Shown: positions 37,541-47,901 of the stretch, in pieces
How positions within the stretch are numbered: position 1 is the first letter of the stretch
Layout of the letters: each line of letters starts with the position of its first letter
NCBI GenBank assembly: GCA_965198945.1
Contig: CBDAQI010000001.1
Span: 96,001 to 160,000 of the forward strand
Direction of reading: 5' to 3'
DNA: 64,000 bases
Origin: Thermodesulfobacteriota bacterium
GTDB taxonomy: Bacteria > Desulfobacterota_D > UBA1144 > Nemesobacterales > Mycalebacteriaceae
The notes under the pieces: model-generated
Databases searched by the model: none
What the model was told of the DNA's origin: nothing
What the model saw: the letters and a program-made list of their open reading frames with translations, nothing else
Program-made: the position numbers and the translations under genes

Positions 37541-39025
37541 CTACCCTTTGTCATTGTTCAGGTCAATTTTGCCTGACATCAGGAGGTCGCCCAGTTTTGG
37601 TGATTCTCCGGTATTTTGTTTGGAATTAAACTCTTTGAGAATTTCTCTTTCGTTTTTTCTGTTAAGCATAACCATACTCAGTGTTACCGTGCGGGAGCCG
37701 TTGTCAAAATTTTTTACGACACCCTTGATCTCAGAGCCCGCTTTGTAATTTTCGGTTTCACCGCCGCGGTCTGAGTCCGCAATATCGGAGAATTTTATAA
37801 AGCCTTCAATGCCGTCTTCAAGCTCAAGGACAAGCCCACCCCTGGACTCTTTTTTAACCTTGCCCGTGAGCACAGTCTCACCTTTTTTGAGTTTGTTTAC
37901 GGCGGTTTTCCAGGGGTCTTTCTGAAGCTGCTTGACTCCGAAAGACATTTTTTTCTTAACGGGGTCGCACCTCAGCATCACAACTTCAATCTCAGAGCCT
38001 TTGCTTGACACTCCATAGGTTTCAATCGGATCCGCCTTTCCATTCCAGCTTATGTTGTCAGGGTGAAGAAGCCCGACAACCCCTTCGGCAACCTCTATGA
38101 ACACGCCCGCCTGGTTCACATTCTTTATCTTTCCCCTAATTCTTGAATTCTGCTGCGTCACTTGCGCAAACTCTTCCCACGGAGTGGTTTGCGTCTGTTT
38201 GTAGCTGAGGCCTATCCTTGCCTTGCCTTCGTCAATGCTTGTAATTTTTACTTCTATTTCCTGACCCGTTTCCAGAACATCGGACGGCTCTTTTACACGC
38301 TTCCATGACACTTCGCTTATGGGAATGAATCCTTCAACGACACCGCTTCCGTCGGTCAAATCCACAAAAGCGCCGGAAGATATGGTGTTGGAAACAACTC
38401 CCTTAACCACCATTCCCACATCGGTCTTTTTTATAAACTCAGCTATTTCCGCCGCTTTATGTTTCTCAAGAAGCTTTTTTCTGGACAGGATTACTCTTTT
38501 CCTGTCAACTTCAATTATAAGAGCTTCAAAGCTCCGGCTGGTGATTTTGTCCGCCCCGTGCCTGCTTTTTCCCATTTGCGTCTGAGAAGAAGGAAGAAAA
38601 GCTTTTATACCGAAACCCTCAATTAGGCACTCAAGACCTCCCTTTATTCTCTTTGAGGAGCTGACAGTAACCGGTTCTTCCGCAGATAATTTCTCTCTCA
38701 ACACCTCAATGTGCTTTATATTGTCCGCTTCGGTTTTGGAAATTTTCGGAAGCCCCCGTCCCGTGCTTTTAACCAGAACGTCAACGCGCCTGCCTTCCTT
38801 AACTTCCCAGTCGGCGTTTTCGTCTAAAAATTCCTTCAGTGGAACAATACCTTCAGACCTGAGCCCTATGTTTACGAAAACGTTTTCCTCTTCCACCCGC
38901 ACAACTGTTCCGCTGACAACTTTACCAACGATGTTTTTTTCCTGGGTTTCGCTTTCCTCAAGAAGCTGGGAAAAGCTCTGTGAGGCTTCCGGGTTCTCCG
39001 CCGGGCTGTGAATCAAATCAGTCAT
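37541..39025 (-). CDS. rpsA: 30S ribosomal protein S1 (short)
   Basis: Repeated S1 domains, FLPSSQ, GAFVDL, EVSW, LGDLL tail; downstream of cmk. Confidence 0.9.
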   Translation of the reverse strand: MTDLIHSPAENPEASQSFSQLLEESETQEKNIVGKVVSGTVVRVEEENVFVNIGLRSEGIVPLKEFLDENADWEVKEGRRVDVLVKSTGRGLPKISKTEADNIKHIEVLREKLSAEEPVTVSSSKRIKGGLECLIEGFGIKAFLPSSQTQMGKSRHGADKITSRSFEALIIEVDRKRVILSRKKLLEKHKAAEIAEFIKKTDVGMVVKGVVSNTISSGAFVDLTDGSGVVEGFIPISEVSWKRVKEPSDVLETGQEIEVKITSIDEGKARIGLSYKQTQTTPWEEFAQVTQQNSRIRGKIKNVNQAGVFIEVAEGVVGLLHPDNISWNGKADPIETYGVSSKGSEIEVVMLRCDPVKKKMSFGVKQLQKDPWKTAVNKLKKGETVLTGKVKKESRGGLVLELEDGIEGFIKFSDIADSDRGGETENYKAGSEIKGVVKNFDNGSRTVTLSMVMLNRKNEREILKEFNSKQNTGESPKLGDLLMSGKIDLNNDKG

Positions 39026-39109
39026 GTCAAGAGTGAGAAAAACTCCGTTTCATGCGGAATCGCCAAAACGCTCCCGCGCAATTTATTTTTCCGTTCCGCT
39101 GCTTTCAAT

Positions 39110-39790
39110 TCAACTTCCAGTCTCAACGGAATTGATAATTTTTTCAATAACCTCATTCACACCGAGATGTGTGGTATCTATTATCACAGCATCGGGGGCG
39201 GGTTTCAAGGGAGAGTGTTTTCTTTCGCTGTCTCTGCGGTCTCTTGAAGAGATTTCTGCGGCCGTTTCTTCAAGTGTCTGCTTCTCTCCCGCCATTTTGA
39301 GTTCGGAGTTTCTTCTCCTCGCTCTTTCAAGCGGCTCGGCTGTGAGAAAAAACTTGTGCCGGGCGTCGCGGAAAACCCTGGTTCCCATGTCTCTGCCTTC
39401 GGCGACTATGTTTGATTTTTCTCCGTGAGCGCGCTGAAGTCGTCCGAGAAATTCCCTCACCTCTTTTATTTCAGAAAATCTGGAAGCGCCTTCAGATATT
39501 TCGGGAGTTCTTATTTCGTCGCTTATATCTCTCCCGCCAAGAGTTACGGTACAGCCGCCGTCAGCGGAACTTACCGAAGATATTTTCGCGTCTTTTAAAA
39601 GAGAGGTGACTTTGTCTCTGTCTTCCGGTTTCACACCCTTTTTTTTTGCGAGCAGAGCGAAAGCCCTGTATGTGGAGCCCGTGTCAAGATACTTGAAGCC
39701 CAGTTTGCGCGCCACAATCCGCGCCACCGTTCCCTTGCCAGAAGCGCTGGGGCCGTCAATTGTTATAACTTTCCCTTTTTTTCCGCTCAT
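39110..39790 (-). CDS. cmk: Cytidylate kinase
   Basis: IDGPSASGKGT, LDTG..YR, EGRDMG. Confidence 0.96.
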   Translation of the reverse strand: MSGKKGKVITIDGPSASGKGTVARIVARKLGFKYLDTGSTYRAFALLAKKKGVKPEDRDKVTSLLKDAKISSVSSADGGCTVTLGGRDISDEIRTPEISEGASRFSEIKEVREFLGRLQRAHGEKSNIVAEGRDMGTRVFRDARHKFFLTAEPLERARRRNSELKMAGEKQTLEETAAEISSRDRRDSERKHSPLKPAPDAVIIDTTHLGVNEVIEKIINSVETGS

Positions 39791-41097
39791 TATGATTTCC
39801 TGAGTTTTTCAAAAAAATCAAAGAATCCCCTGAATGAAACCGCCACGCAGTCGGCGTCTTCAATGCGGCTCGTTCCCTCCGCTCCGCTTGCTGCAACCGC
39901 AAGCGCCATTGCCACCCTGTGGTCTCCCGCGCTTGAGCAGGAGTTTCCGTGTAGTTTCCCTCCGGTTACGCGCATTCCGTCCTCAAGCTCTTCAACACGC
40001 CCGCCAAGATTTCCGAGCCCTTCGGCCATTGATTTTATTCTGTCACTTTCCTTCACTCTCAGCTCGGCCGCTCCCGATATTGTCGTGGTTCCGTGCGCAA
40101 AACACGCCACCGCCGCTATGACCGGCAGCTCGTCTATTGCTCTCGGTATGACTTCGCCCCTTATTTCAACTCCCCTCAATTTGCCGCCGCCCGCCGCCTC
40201 TATGTCGCCCACACTTTCGCCTCCCGATTTTCTCCTGTTTGAAATTCTTATTTCAGCGCCCATGTCTCTGAGAATTTCAATGGCGCCCGTCCGCGCGGGA
40301 TTGATTCCGACATTTTCAACAACAACACTTGAGCCGGGGCTTATAACCGCCGCCGCAAGCGGAAAAATTGCCGAGGAAATGTCCGCCGGAACTTCCGTTT
40401 CAGAGCCTCTGAGAATTTCCGCCCCGCCTCCCTCAAGGGTTATGCGCGAGCCCGAGCTCTCCACCCGCGCCCCGAAATGTCTGAGCATTATTTCAGTATG
40501 GTCTCTTGTTTTCCTGTGCTCAATTATTTTAGTAGTTCCGTCCGCGAAAAGCCCCGCAAGCAGAACAGCGGACTTTACCTGAGCGCTTGCCACCGGCATT
40601 TTGTATTCTATCGCCGAGGGTTTTGAGCCCCTTATACGCATGGGGAGTCTGCCGTCTCTTGAGTGTATTTCCGCTCCCATATGCCGGAGGGGCGTTATGA
40701 CGCGCCCCATGGGCCTTTTTACGAGGTATCTGTCTCCCGCAATGGTTGACTCAAAAAGCTGCGCGCTCAAAACGCCCGCGAGAAGCCGCGCCGTTGTTCC
40801 GGAATTACCGGCGTCAATTATCTTTGAGGGGGGGGTCAGTTTTTCGCACAAAACGGTTGTTTTTCCGGCCGCCGTGTCTATTTTCGCTCCCAGAAGTCTT
40901 AGCGCGTTTTTTGTGGACATGACATCCTCGCTGTTCAGAAGATTTGTTATGACCGTTTTCCCACGCGCGAGACACCCTATTATCAAAGATCTGTGAGAGA
41001 TGGATTTATCCGCCGGAACGGTAACCCGTCCTTTCACGGACAGGCTCCGCCCCGGGATCTTTACGATTTTTTGCGCGGACACTTCTTTTGCGGGCAA
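39790..41097 (-). CDS. aroA: EPSP synthase
   Basis: DKSISHR, GNSGTT, SAQVKS, RVKESDR, DHRVAM. Confidence 0.97.
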   Translation of the reverse strand: MPAKEVSAQKIVKIPGRSLSVKGRVTVPADKSISHRSLIIGCLARGKTVITNLLNSEDVMSTKNALRLLGAKIDTAAGKTTVLCEKLTPPSKIIDAGNSGTTARLLAGVLSAQLFESTIAGDRYLVKRPMGRVITPLRHMGAEIHSRDGRLPMRIRGSKPSAIEYKMPVASAQVKSAVLLAGLFADGTTKIIEHRKTRDHTEIMLRHFGARVESSGSRITLEGGGAEILRGSETEVPADISSAIFPLAAAVISPGSSVVVENVGINPARTGAIEILRDMGAEIRISNRRKSGGESVGDIEAAGGGKLRGVEIRGEVIPRAIDELPVIAAVACFAHGTTTISGAAELRVKESDRIKSMAEGLGNLGGRVEELEDGMRVTGGKLHGNSCSSAGDHRVAMALAVAASGAEGTSRIEDADCVAVSFRGFFDFFEKLRKS

Positions 41098-41111
41098 CGG
41101 ACGCGCATCTC

Positions 41112-41513
41112 TTACGGGGTTATGATTTTCCCACCGCCACCGCTTCCGTCCTTTTTTCGGGGAGACTGTTTTCTGGCGCGCGATTCAATCAGAGCGAGAA
41201 GACGCTCCTTGAAATTTTCTTCATAGTCGCAGATTGACGGAACGATGTATCCCAGAAGGGCTATCTGCAGGAGGTATTCTGTGTTGGCGATTATGTATTC
41301 CTGCTCAAAGCTGTCGCCGTAGGATTTGGAAAGACTCGTAAATATATGCTCCCCCGTCTCGGCCAGGATTTGCGCTATGCTTTTTGTTCCCTTCGCCTGC
41401 TGATTGGCGGAGACACCGAGATTGAAAGCCATTGTTATGGAGGCTGAAAGATAGGTCTCGGGAGATTCGCCGTTTTCTTCCGGGGGCTTTTCGGTCTTTT
41501 CAGAATCTGACAT
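41112..41513 (-). CDS. Hypothetical protein
   Basis: 133-aa ORF heading the aroA-cmk run, with an extended -10 just upstream. Confidence 0.7.
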   Translation of the reverse strand: MSDSEKTEKPPEENGESPETYLSASITMAFNLGVSANQQAKGTKSIAQILAETGEHIFTSLSKSYGDSFEQEYIIANTEYLLQIALLGYIVPSICDYEENFKERLLALIESRARKQSPRKKDGSGGGGKIITP

Positions 41514-41541
41514 CCGATGTTATCCTAACACGGAGGCGGCA

Positions 41542-42075
41542 TTGTGTAAATTGCCGCTTTGCAAGGCGCGTTTACATTTGAAACCGGAGAATATCATAAA
41601 AAAACTTGGTCTCGAGCCGCTTGAGCCGGAGGGCGGCTTTTACAGACAGAATTATGTTAGTTCCGAGTTTTTCCCTTCTTCCCGACTCCCTCACCGTTAT
41701 GGCGGAGACCGGTTTTTTTCTTCGGCAATTTACTATCTTCTTGAAAAAGGTTCCGTTTCCGCGATGCACAGGCTGCTTTCGGATGAGGTTTATCATTTTT
41801 ACATCGGAGACCCGGTTCAACTGCTGACTTTGGGTCCGGCGGGGGCGGGTGTTATTTTTCTCGGCGGTGACATAATGTCCGGCCAGCATCTTCAGGCCGT
41901 TGTTCCGTCCGGCGTGTGGCAGGGCATGAAACTTGTTGACGGCGGCGAGTTCGCGCTTATGGGAACAACCGTTTCTCCCGCATATACAAGGGAAGACTTT
42001 GAGCTGGGCGATGCGGAAAAACTTTCCGGTCAGTTTCCCGCGAGTTCGGAGCTCATAAAAACACTTTTCCGCTGA
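41542..42075 (+). CDS. Cupin_5 (DUF985) protein; true start probably near 41578
   Basis: EGGFYR, SAIYYLL, HRL.SDEVYHFY.G, VP.GVWQG, TVSP. Confidence 0.88.
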   Translation: MCKLPLCKARLHLKPENIIKKLGLEPLEPEGGFYRQNYVSSEFFPSSRLPHRYGGDRFFSSAIYYLLEKGSVSAMHRLLSDEVYHFYIGDPVQLLTLGPAGAGVIFLGGDIMSGQHLQAVVPSGVWQGMKLVDGGEFALMGTTVSPAYTREDFELGDAEKLSGQFPASSELIKTLFR

Positions 42076-42128
42076 AAAGCGTTCCGTTTTGACAAACACC
42101 CGCTTGTTATATTATCCTCACCATCCGG

Positions 42129-43490
42129 GTGGGTAAAATGTCAACTGTTACAGGCGTTCCAACGAGCGAGGATTCAGAAAGAGCCGTTCTGGGCGCAATA
42201 ATGCTTGAAAACTCGTGCATAAACGAGGTTCTTGAAATCATAGAGCCCGAAGATTTCTACACCAAATCAAACAAGACAATTTTTGAGGCGATGATTGAAC
42301 TTGACAGAGAGGGAAAGCCCCTTGATGTGCTCACCGTTTCCGAACATCTGAGCGCCTCTGCTCACGACCGCCTGGGCGAAGTGGGCGGAAACCACTACAT
42401 AACCCTCCTTGCGGACATTGTTCCAACATCTTCAAATGTCGCACACTACGCAAAGACCGTGAAAGACGCCTCTCTTTTGAGGCAAATAATTCAGACAGGC
42501 GGTGAGATCGCGCGCCGCGGGGGCGGCGGTGTAAGCCCCGAAGAGCTTCTTGACCACGCCGAAACCAGAATAATGGAGATAGCACGCAAAAGGGTGCGGT
42601 CGGCGTTTTCGTCTCCGCCGGAACTTGCCGCGCGAACCCTTGAGCACATAGAAGAGGCGCAGAAGAAAAAAGCGGCCATTACGGGACTGTCAACCGGGTT
42701 TAAGAAAATTGACGAGCTCACTTCCGGTTTTCAGCCGGGTGACCTCGTAGTTGTGGCGGCGCGTCCGAGCCTGGGTAAAACCTCTTTTTGTCTGAACGTA
42801 GCCGAGCACATAGGAACCCAACTGGGCGCAAAAGTTGCGGTTTTCTCTCTTGAAATGACCGAGGTTCAGCTTGTGCAGAGAATTTTTTCAATGATGTCAC
42901 AGGTTAATTTTTCAGACATCAGAAGCGGGCGCCTGAAAGAAGCCGACAAAGACAAAGTCGCCGCCGCGTCAGTGCAGTTCGGAAAATCACAGATATTCAT
43001 AGATGACAGCGCCGGACAGACCGCTTTTGAAATTCGCGCCAAATGCAGACGCCTTCAAAAAGACAAGGGCCTTGACATTGTTTTTGTTGACTATCTGCAG
43101 CTTATGAGAGGAGACCAGAGGGAGCAGAACAGGGAAAGGGAGATCGCCCAAATTTCATATTCCCTAAAAGCCCTTGCCAAGGAACTCAATATACCCGTGG
43201 TTGCGGTTTCACAGCTCAGCAGGCAGACCGAAACCCGCACCGACCGCAGGCCGCAGCTTTCGGATTTGAGAGAAAGCGGCGCCATAGAGCAGGACGCGGA
43301 TGTGGTAATTTTCATACATCGCACAGATTTCTACGCCAAAGACGACGATGAGAAAAACGGCGAAGCCGAAATAATTATCGGCAAGCAGAGGAACGGGCCC
43401 CTCGGAGTGGCGAGACTCGCGTTTCTTGAAAAAGCGGGTGTGCCGGGATTTGCCGAGCTGGCATATGGTTATGAAGACTATGATATGTAG
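42129..43490 (+). CDS. dnaB: Replicative DNA helicase
   Basis: AARPSLGKT, FSLEM, DYLQL, SQLSR, DLRESGAIEQDAD, KQRNGP. Confidence 0.97.
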   Translation: MGKMSTVTGVPTSEDSERAVLGAIMLENSCINEVLEIIEPEDFYTKSNKTIFEAMIELDREGKPLDVLTVSEHLSASAHDRLGEVGGNHYITLLADIVPTSSNVAHYAKTVKDASLLRQIIQTGGEIARRGGGGVSPEELLDHAETRIMEIARKRVRSAFSSPPELAARTLEHIEEAQKKKAAITGLSTGFKKIDELTSGFQPGDLVVVAARPSLGKTSFCLNVAEHIGTQLGAKVAVFSLEMTEVQLVQRIFSMMSQVNFSDIRSGRLKEADKDKVAAASVQFGKSQIFIDDSAGQTAFEIRAKCRRLQKDKGLDIVFVDYLQLMRGDQREQNREREIAQISYSLKALAKELNIPVVAVSQLSRQTETRTDRRPQLSDLRESGAIEQDADVVIFIHRTDFYAKDDDEKNGEAEIIIGKQRNGPLGVARLAFLEKAGVPGFAELAYGYEDYDM

Positions 43491-43498
43491 GCGGCCGC

Positions 43499-44146
43499 CT
43501 AAACAAGAAGCGGCTTGATTTTTCTCTTTTCCGCCGTTTCGGCTTTGTGAAGGTCGCCGTTTTTCTGCCACTCGGCGAACTTGTCAAAGATTTTTTTCAG
43601 TCTGTTTTGAACCGATTTCCATTTCGGATTCCATTCGTGGGTTTTTTCCAAGTCTTCAAAGAATGTTTTGAGAAAGAACTCTCTCTCTTCAAGCAGTCCC
43701 TTCTCCGCAATCCATCCGGTGCGCGCGACTGCGTAACCGCAGGCAAAACCCACCGCAATCGTGCCGCTGAGACCGAGATTTTCAACCGCTTTTGTCACGA
43801 GTTCAATGTGGCAGTAAAGAGACTGCGGATTTTTATAGCCACGCTCAGGCATCAGCGCATCCATTTCAAGCAGGTTTTTGACAAAATACATCGGGTAGTA
43901 GGTCGGGCTGTTCGTATCAACCGATTTTGTGGCGCACATAAGCGGCTTTTTAATTATCACATCCCCGTCTATTACGCCTACCATAAAACTCTCCGGATCA
44001 AACTCTCCGGCGTTGCCGCACAACTCAAGGCTTGCGGAAATTTTGCTCCACTCCCTGCGGGCGATTTCCATGGCAGATTCTATGCGCCCGAATCCGGCAC
44101 CGTCCACCAGATCGTCAAGGTTTGTTTCAGTGTTCATTTTTCCCAT
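43499..44146 (-). CDS. Hypothetical protein
   Basis: 215-aa ORF overlapping the glycerate kinase stop; no recognised motif. Confidence 0.65.
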   Translation of the reverse strand: MGKMNTETNLDDLVDGAGFGRIESAMEIARREWSKISASLELCGNAGEFDPESFMVGVIDGDVIIKKPLMCATKSVDTNSPTYYPMYFVKNLLEMDALMPERGYKNPQSLYCHIELVTKAVENLGLSGTIAVGFACGYAVARTGWIAEKGLLEEREFFLKTFFEDLEKTHEWNPKWKSVQNRLKKIFDKFAEWQKNGDLHKAETAEKRKIKPLLV

Positions 44147-45470
44147 CAGGGGGCTCCACAAGCGCGATTCCGATATCCATGACGTTTGTTCCCGTGGGGC
44201 CCGTTTTAATCAAATCCCCCAGAGAATCAAAAAAAGAGTATGCATCGTTATCCATCAGGTGGTCCCGTGCGCTTATTCCTCTTTTGCGCGCCAGCAGACG
44301 GGAATCTCCGTCGCATATGGCGCCCGCCGCGTCCGTGGGGCCGTCTATTCCGTCCGTTCCCGCAAAAAGCCCCACTATGTTTGCGTGTCCGACAACCTCC
44401 ATACAGAAAGAAAGAGCTGTTTCGGTGTTTCTTCCCCCTTTGCCTTTCCCTTTCACATTCACGGTTGTTTCTCCGCCGAAAATGACACACGCGGGCGTAT
44501 TGAGCGGTCTTCCGAATCGCTCAATGTCCAGCGCCACTGCCGCCACGCATTTAGCCACCTCTCTCGCCTCGCCTTTTAACTGTGATGACAGGGCGAGGGT
44601 TGAGTAGCCGAGTTCCCGCGCTTTTTTCTCCGCGGCACAAATGCACTTGCAGTTGTTGCCTATTATCACGGTCTGCGTCCGCGCGTCTTCCGGAATTTCA
44701 GGCGCCGCGCTTTCTTCTCTGAGTCCTCTTTCAAGCTCAACCACAACTTTCGGCGGAATCTGATGTTCAACCCCGAGCGCCTCAATCACGCGCCATGCCT
44801 CCTTAAAGGTTGTGGTGTCCGCAACGGTCGGCCCCGACGCTATCATCTCAAGGTTGTCTCCCATGACATCTGAAAGAATCAGGGTTGCGATTTCTGAAGG
44901 AAGCGCCTGCCTCAAAAGCCCCCCGCCTTTTATGCTTGAAAGTTTTTTCCTGACCGTGTTGAGCCCGTATGTGTCAACCCCGGAAAGAAGCAGCTGCTCG
45001 GTAACCTTACGTTTGTCTTCAAGCGAGAGCCCTTTCCGGGGCATTGCGAGCATTGAGCTTCCTCCGCCGGAGATAAGGAACAGCACGAGGTCGTCTGCGC
45101 CGGTTTTTTCAAGCAAACTCATAATTTCCCGGGCGGCGCGGAAGCTTTTTTCATCGGGGAAGGGGTGGCTTGACAGCATGAATTTCAGTCGCCTGAACTT
45201 TGTGTGCGGCGTGGAATTTGAAACCACAATTCCTTCCGTGATTCTTTCTCCAAGCAGTTTTTCGGCGGCTTCCGACATTGACCCGGCCGCTTTGCCGAAT
45301 GAGATCAAATAGACCCCCGCATAAGATGAAAGATCGTAGGTTTTTCCGTCAATCTTCAGTTCGGAGCCTTCAACCGATACATGCTCAAACATGCATCTCT
45401 CCGGATTGACCGCGTCAATCGCCGCTTCAAATATCGCCGCCGTGTGCTCTCTGAGGATTTTGTTTGACAT
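44127..45470 (-). CDS. Glycerate 2-kinase (TtuD/MOFRL family)
   Basis: GKAA, LISGGGS, IASGPT, GGETTV, GGRN, GTDGIDG, TGTNVMD. Confidence 0.92.
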   Translation of the reverse strand: MSNKILREHTAAIFEAAIDAVNPERCMFEHVSVEGSELKIDGKTYDLSSYAGVYLISFGKAAGSMSEAAEKLLGERITEGIVVSNSTPHTKFRRLKFMLSSHPFPDEKSFRAAREIMSLLEKTGADDLVLFLISGGGSSMLAMPRKGLSLEDKRKVTEQLLLSGVDTYGLNTVRKKLSSIKGGGLLRQALPSEIATLILSDVMGDNLEMIASGPTVADTTTFKEAWRVIEALGVEHQIPPKVVVELERGLREESAAPEIPEDARTQTVIIGNNCKCICAAEKKARELGYSTLALSSQLKGEAREVAKCVAAVALDIERFGRPLNTPACVIFGGETTVNVKGKGKGGRNTETALSFCMEVVGHANIVGLFAGTDGIDGPTDAAGAICDGDSRLLARKRGISARDHLMDNDAYSFFDSLGDLIKTGPTGTNVMDIGIALVEPPDGKNEH

Positions 45471-45481
45471 ATTACGCCTTT

Positions 45482-45955
45482 TTATTTTTTCCTCAGATCT
45501 TCAAGGATTCTGTCCACTGATTCGCGCGTCAGTTTTTCATGCAGAACATTGTCAACCAGCATAACCGGAGCGGTTCCGCAAGACGCGAGGCATTCGGCTT
45601 CCATGACGGTTATCTTACCGTCCGCGGTGGTTTCGCCCGAGGAGATTCCGAGCTTTTCATAGATGTATTGCTCAACCTCCTCCGCGCCTCTGAGAGCGCA
45701 TGAAAGAGTTCTGCAGATCCAGACAATGTGTTTCCCGACCGGTTTTGTGAAGAACATCGTGTAGAAAGTGGCAACATTCTGAACGCTTGCCGGAGGGATG
45801 CTTAAAATTTCCGCGACTTCAAGCATGGATTCTTCCGGCAGCCATCCGAGCCTTTTTTGAACGGCCCAGAGCGCCGGAATCAAAGCGGAGCGGGGATTTT
45901 CAGCTTCGCTTCTGATTTGCTGTATCTTAACCTTTGTTTCAGGGGGCAGAGGCAT
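45482..45955 (-). CDS. nuoE: NADH-quinone oxidoreductase subunit E
   Basis: VATFYTMF, CRTLSC, ECLASC..AP. Confidence 0.92.
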   Translation of the reverse strand: MPLPPETKVKIQQIRSEAENPRSALIPALWAVQKRLGWLPEESMLEVAEILSIPPASVQNVATFYTMFFTKPVGKHIVWICRTLSCALRGAEEVEQYIYEKLGISSGETTADGKITVMEAECLASCGTAPVMLVDNVLHEKLTRESVDRILEDLRKK

Positions 45956-46179
45956 TTGGAAACGCTGTTTTTTGTGATTGAAACTCAGGCTAAAGCTATA
46001 CTACTGAAAGGGACGGTCAAGGTTAGGGACTGCCGGACAGTTTTCCAAAACGTAAGAATGGTTCTGTTAGCCGTCAAGATAATTCGGGAAAAGGTTCGCC
46101 GGTTTTTATAAATGGCGAATTTTTCCTGATTTCAAAGTTTCAGAAGCAGGGGGTAGAGTGTATTGATGGAGAATGAATA

Positions 46180-47592
46180 ATGGACGGAGACACTTTCAAA
46201 GAATTACTTTCTGTTCCTGGTGAAGATGAACATATTGAGTTCAAGGAGGCTAAAAACCAGTATAGCGTGGAAAGTCTCTTGGAATACTGCGTGGCATTTG
46301 CAAACGAAGGTGGAGGAAAACTTGTTCTTGGAGTGACAAATAACACTCCGAGACAGGTTGTTGGTACAAGAGCGTTTTCCGGTTCTAAACTGGTTGAGGT
46401 CAAACAGCAAATTATAGAAAGGCTTCATATTTGGGTTGATGTTGATGAGATTCTACACGAATATGGGCGTGTGCTTGTTTTTAAAATACCTTCAAGACCC
46501 ACAGGCCTTGCTTTAGAGTATAAAGGTGCATATTTGATGAGGTCCGGCGGAAGTTTGGTTTCCATGACATCCGACAGATTAAACTCAATTTTTGCCGAGG
46601 ATGTGGAAGATTGGTTTCAAAAAACGGCAATTGGAGAATTGTATGCAGAGCAGGTCATAGACTTGCTTGATACCCAAATCTATTTTCAACTCATCAAATT
46701 GCCTTATGCCGAAACCCAAAAGGGGGTTTTGGAACGCCTCTTAAGCAATGGTTTGGTGGAACAAAGAGGCGATAGATGGGGTATTACCAACATGGGAGCA
46801 ATACTGCTGGCAAAGGACCTGGAGCGGTTTCCGACACCAGTTGCGCGGAAAGCCCCACGCTTCGTCATTTATGATGGTAATGACAAACTCAATACGCGCG
46901 AAGATATACAAGGCCGTCGCGGCTATGCGGTTGGTTTTGAAAGTTTGGTTGAATTAATTCATCAGACAGCTCCTCAGAACCGTATTGTTGAGGAGACGGT
47001 GCGTGAGGAGGTCAAAATGTTTCCCTTGCAGGCAATACGTGAGTTGGTTGCCAATGCTCTAATACATCAGGATTTCACAATTACCGGAACTTCTGTGATG
47101 ATAGAAATGTATTCAGACCGTCTGGAGATTTCCAATCCGGGAAAACCACCCATAGAACCCGAGAGGTTTATTGATGAAGAGAAGTCTCGTAACGAAAGAC
47201 TGGCACATACTATGCGGCAACTTGGTATATGTGAAGAGAAAGGCAGTGGTATTGACAAGGTTGTTGATAATGTAGAAGCCTATCAATTACCCGCACCCGT
47301 GTTTAGAGTCCAGGAAATTCATACGAGAGTGGTTTTGTTTGCTTATCAAGAATTTTCCGAGATGACCCGTGCAGACCGTATACGTGCTTGCTATCAACAT
47401 TGTTGCTTGCGTTATGTTTACGGTCAACAAATGTCCAACCATTCACTCAGAAAGCGTTTTAATCTTGAAGATGACAAAATGGCTACTGCCTCACAAGTCA
47501 TCACAGCAACAAAGAATGAAGGCTTAATCAAGCCTGACTATAGTGAATCAATGTCAACAAGACACATTCGCTATGTACCTTTCTGGGTATAG
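46180..47592 (+). CDS. Schlafen/AlbA_2 + HATPase_c_4 (RecG C-term-like) protein
   Basis: EFKEA, AFANEGGG.LVLGV, RELVANALIHQDF, RLEISNPG, SRNE.LA, EEKGSG; visibly more AT-rich than its flanks. Confidence 0.85.
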   Translation: MDGDTFKELLSVPGEDEHIEFKEAKNQYSVESLLEYCVAFANEGGGKLVLGVTNNTPRQVVGTRAFSGSKLVEVKQQIIERLHIWVDVDEILHEYGRVLVFKIPSRPTGLALEYKGAYLMRSGGSLVSMTSDRLNSIFAEDVEDWFQKTAIGELYAEQVIDLLDTQIYFQLIKLPYAETQKGVLERLLSNGLVEQRGDRWGITNMGAILLAKDLERFPTPVARKAPRFVIYDGNDKLNTREDIQGRRGYAVGFESLVELIHQTAPQNRIVEETVREEVKMFPLQAIRELVANALIHQDFTITGTSVMIEMYSDRLEISNPGKPPIEPERFIDEEKSRNERLAHTMRQLGICEEKGSGIDKVVDNVEAYQLPAPVFRVQEIHTRVVLFAYQEFSEMTRADRIRACYQHCCLRYVYGQQMSNHSLRKRFNLEDDKMATASQVITATKNEGLIKPDYSESMSTRHIRYVPFWV

Positions 47593-47703
47593 AGGATTTG
47601 AGAAGTGCTTAAAAGCAAAAAGGAAATTATTGTGGAAAACTCAAAAAAATGTTTGAAATCAAGCAATTAAGTGCTTAAGGGCATTTAAGAGTGAGACATT
47701 TGT

Positions 47704-47790
47704 ATTAACGAAGCGGAAACAAGAACTGAACTGATTGATCCCATCCTCAACGGGTTATTGATAAAAGTCAAATACGTAGAGACTTTATAA
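47704..47790 (+). pseudogene. Remnant of a type I restriction subunit HsdR N-terminus
   Basis: Reads (I)NEAETRTELIDPIL, resembling the MNEAETR..IDP.L start of EcoAI/EcoEI-like HsdR; no start codon and similarity ends after about 15 codons. Confidence 0.55.
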
Positions 47791-47901
47791 CTTGAAACAT
47801 GTCTTCAGGGATGGACGGGATGCGACTGTCAGTAGATATTAGAAGCGCATTTGAGAAGCTATTAGAAAAACTTTTTTGAAATTGCCCTCAAAAGTGTTAC
47901 T

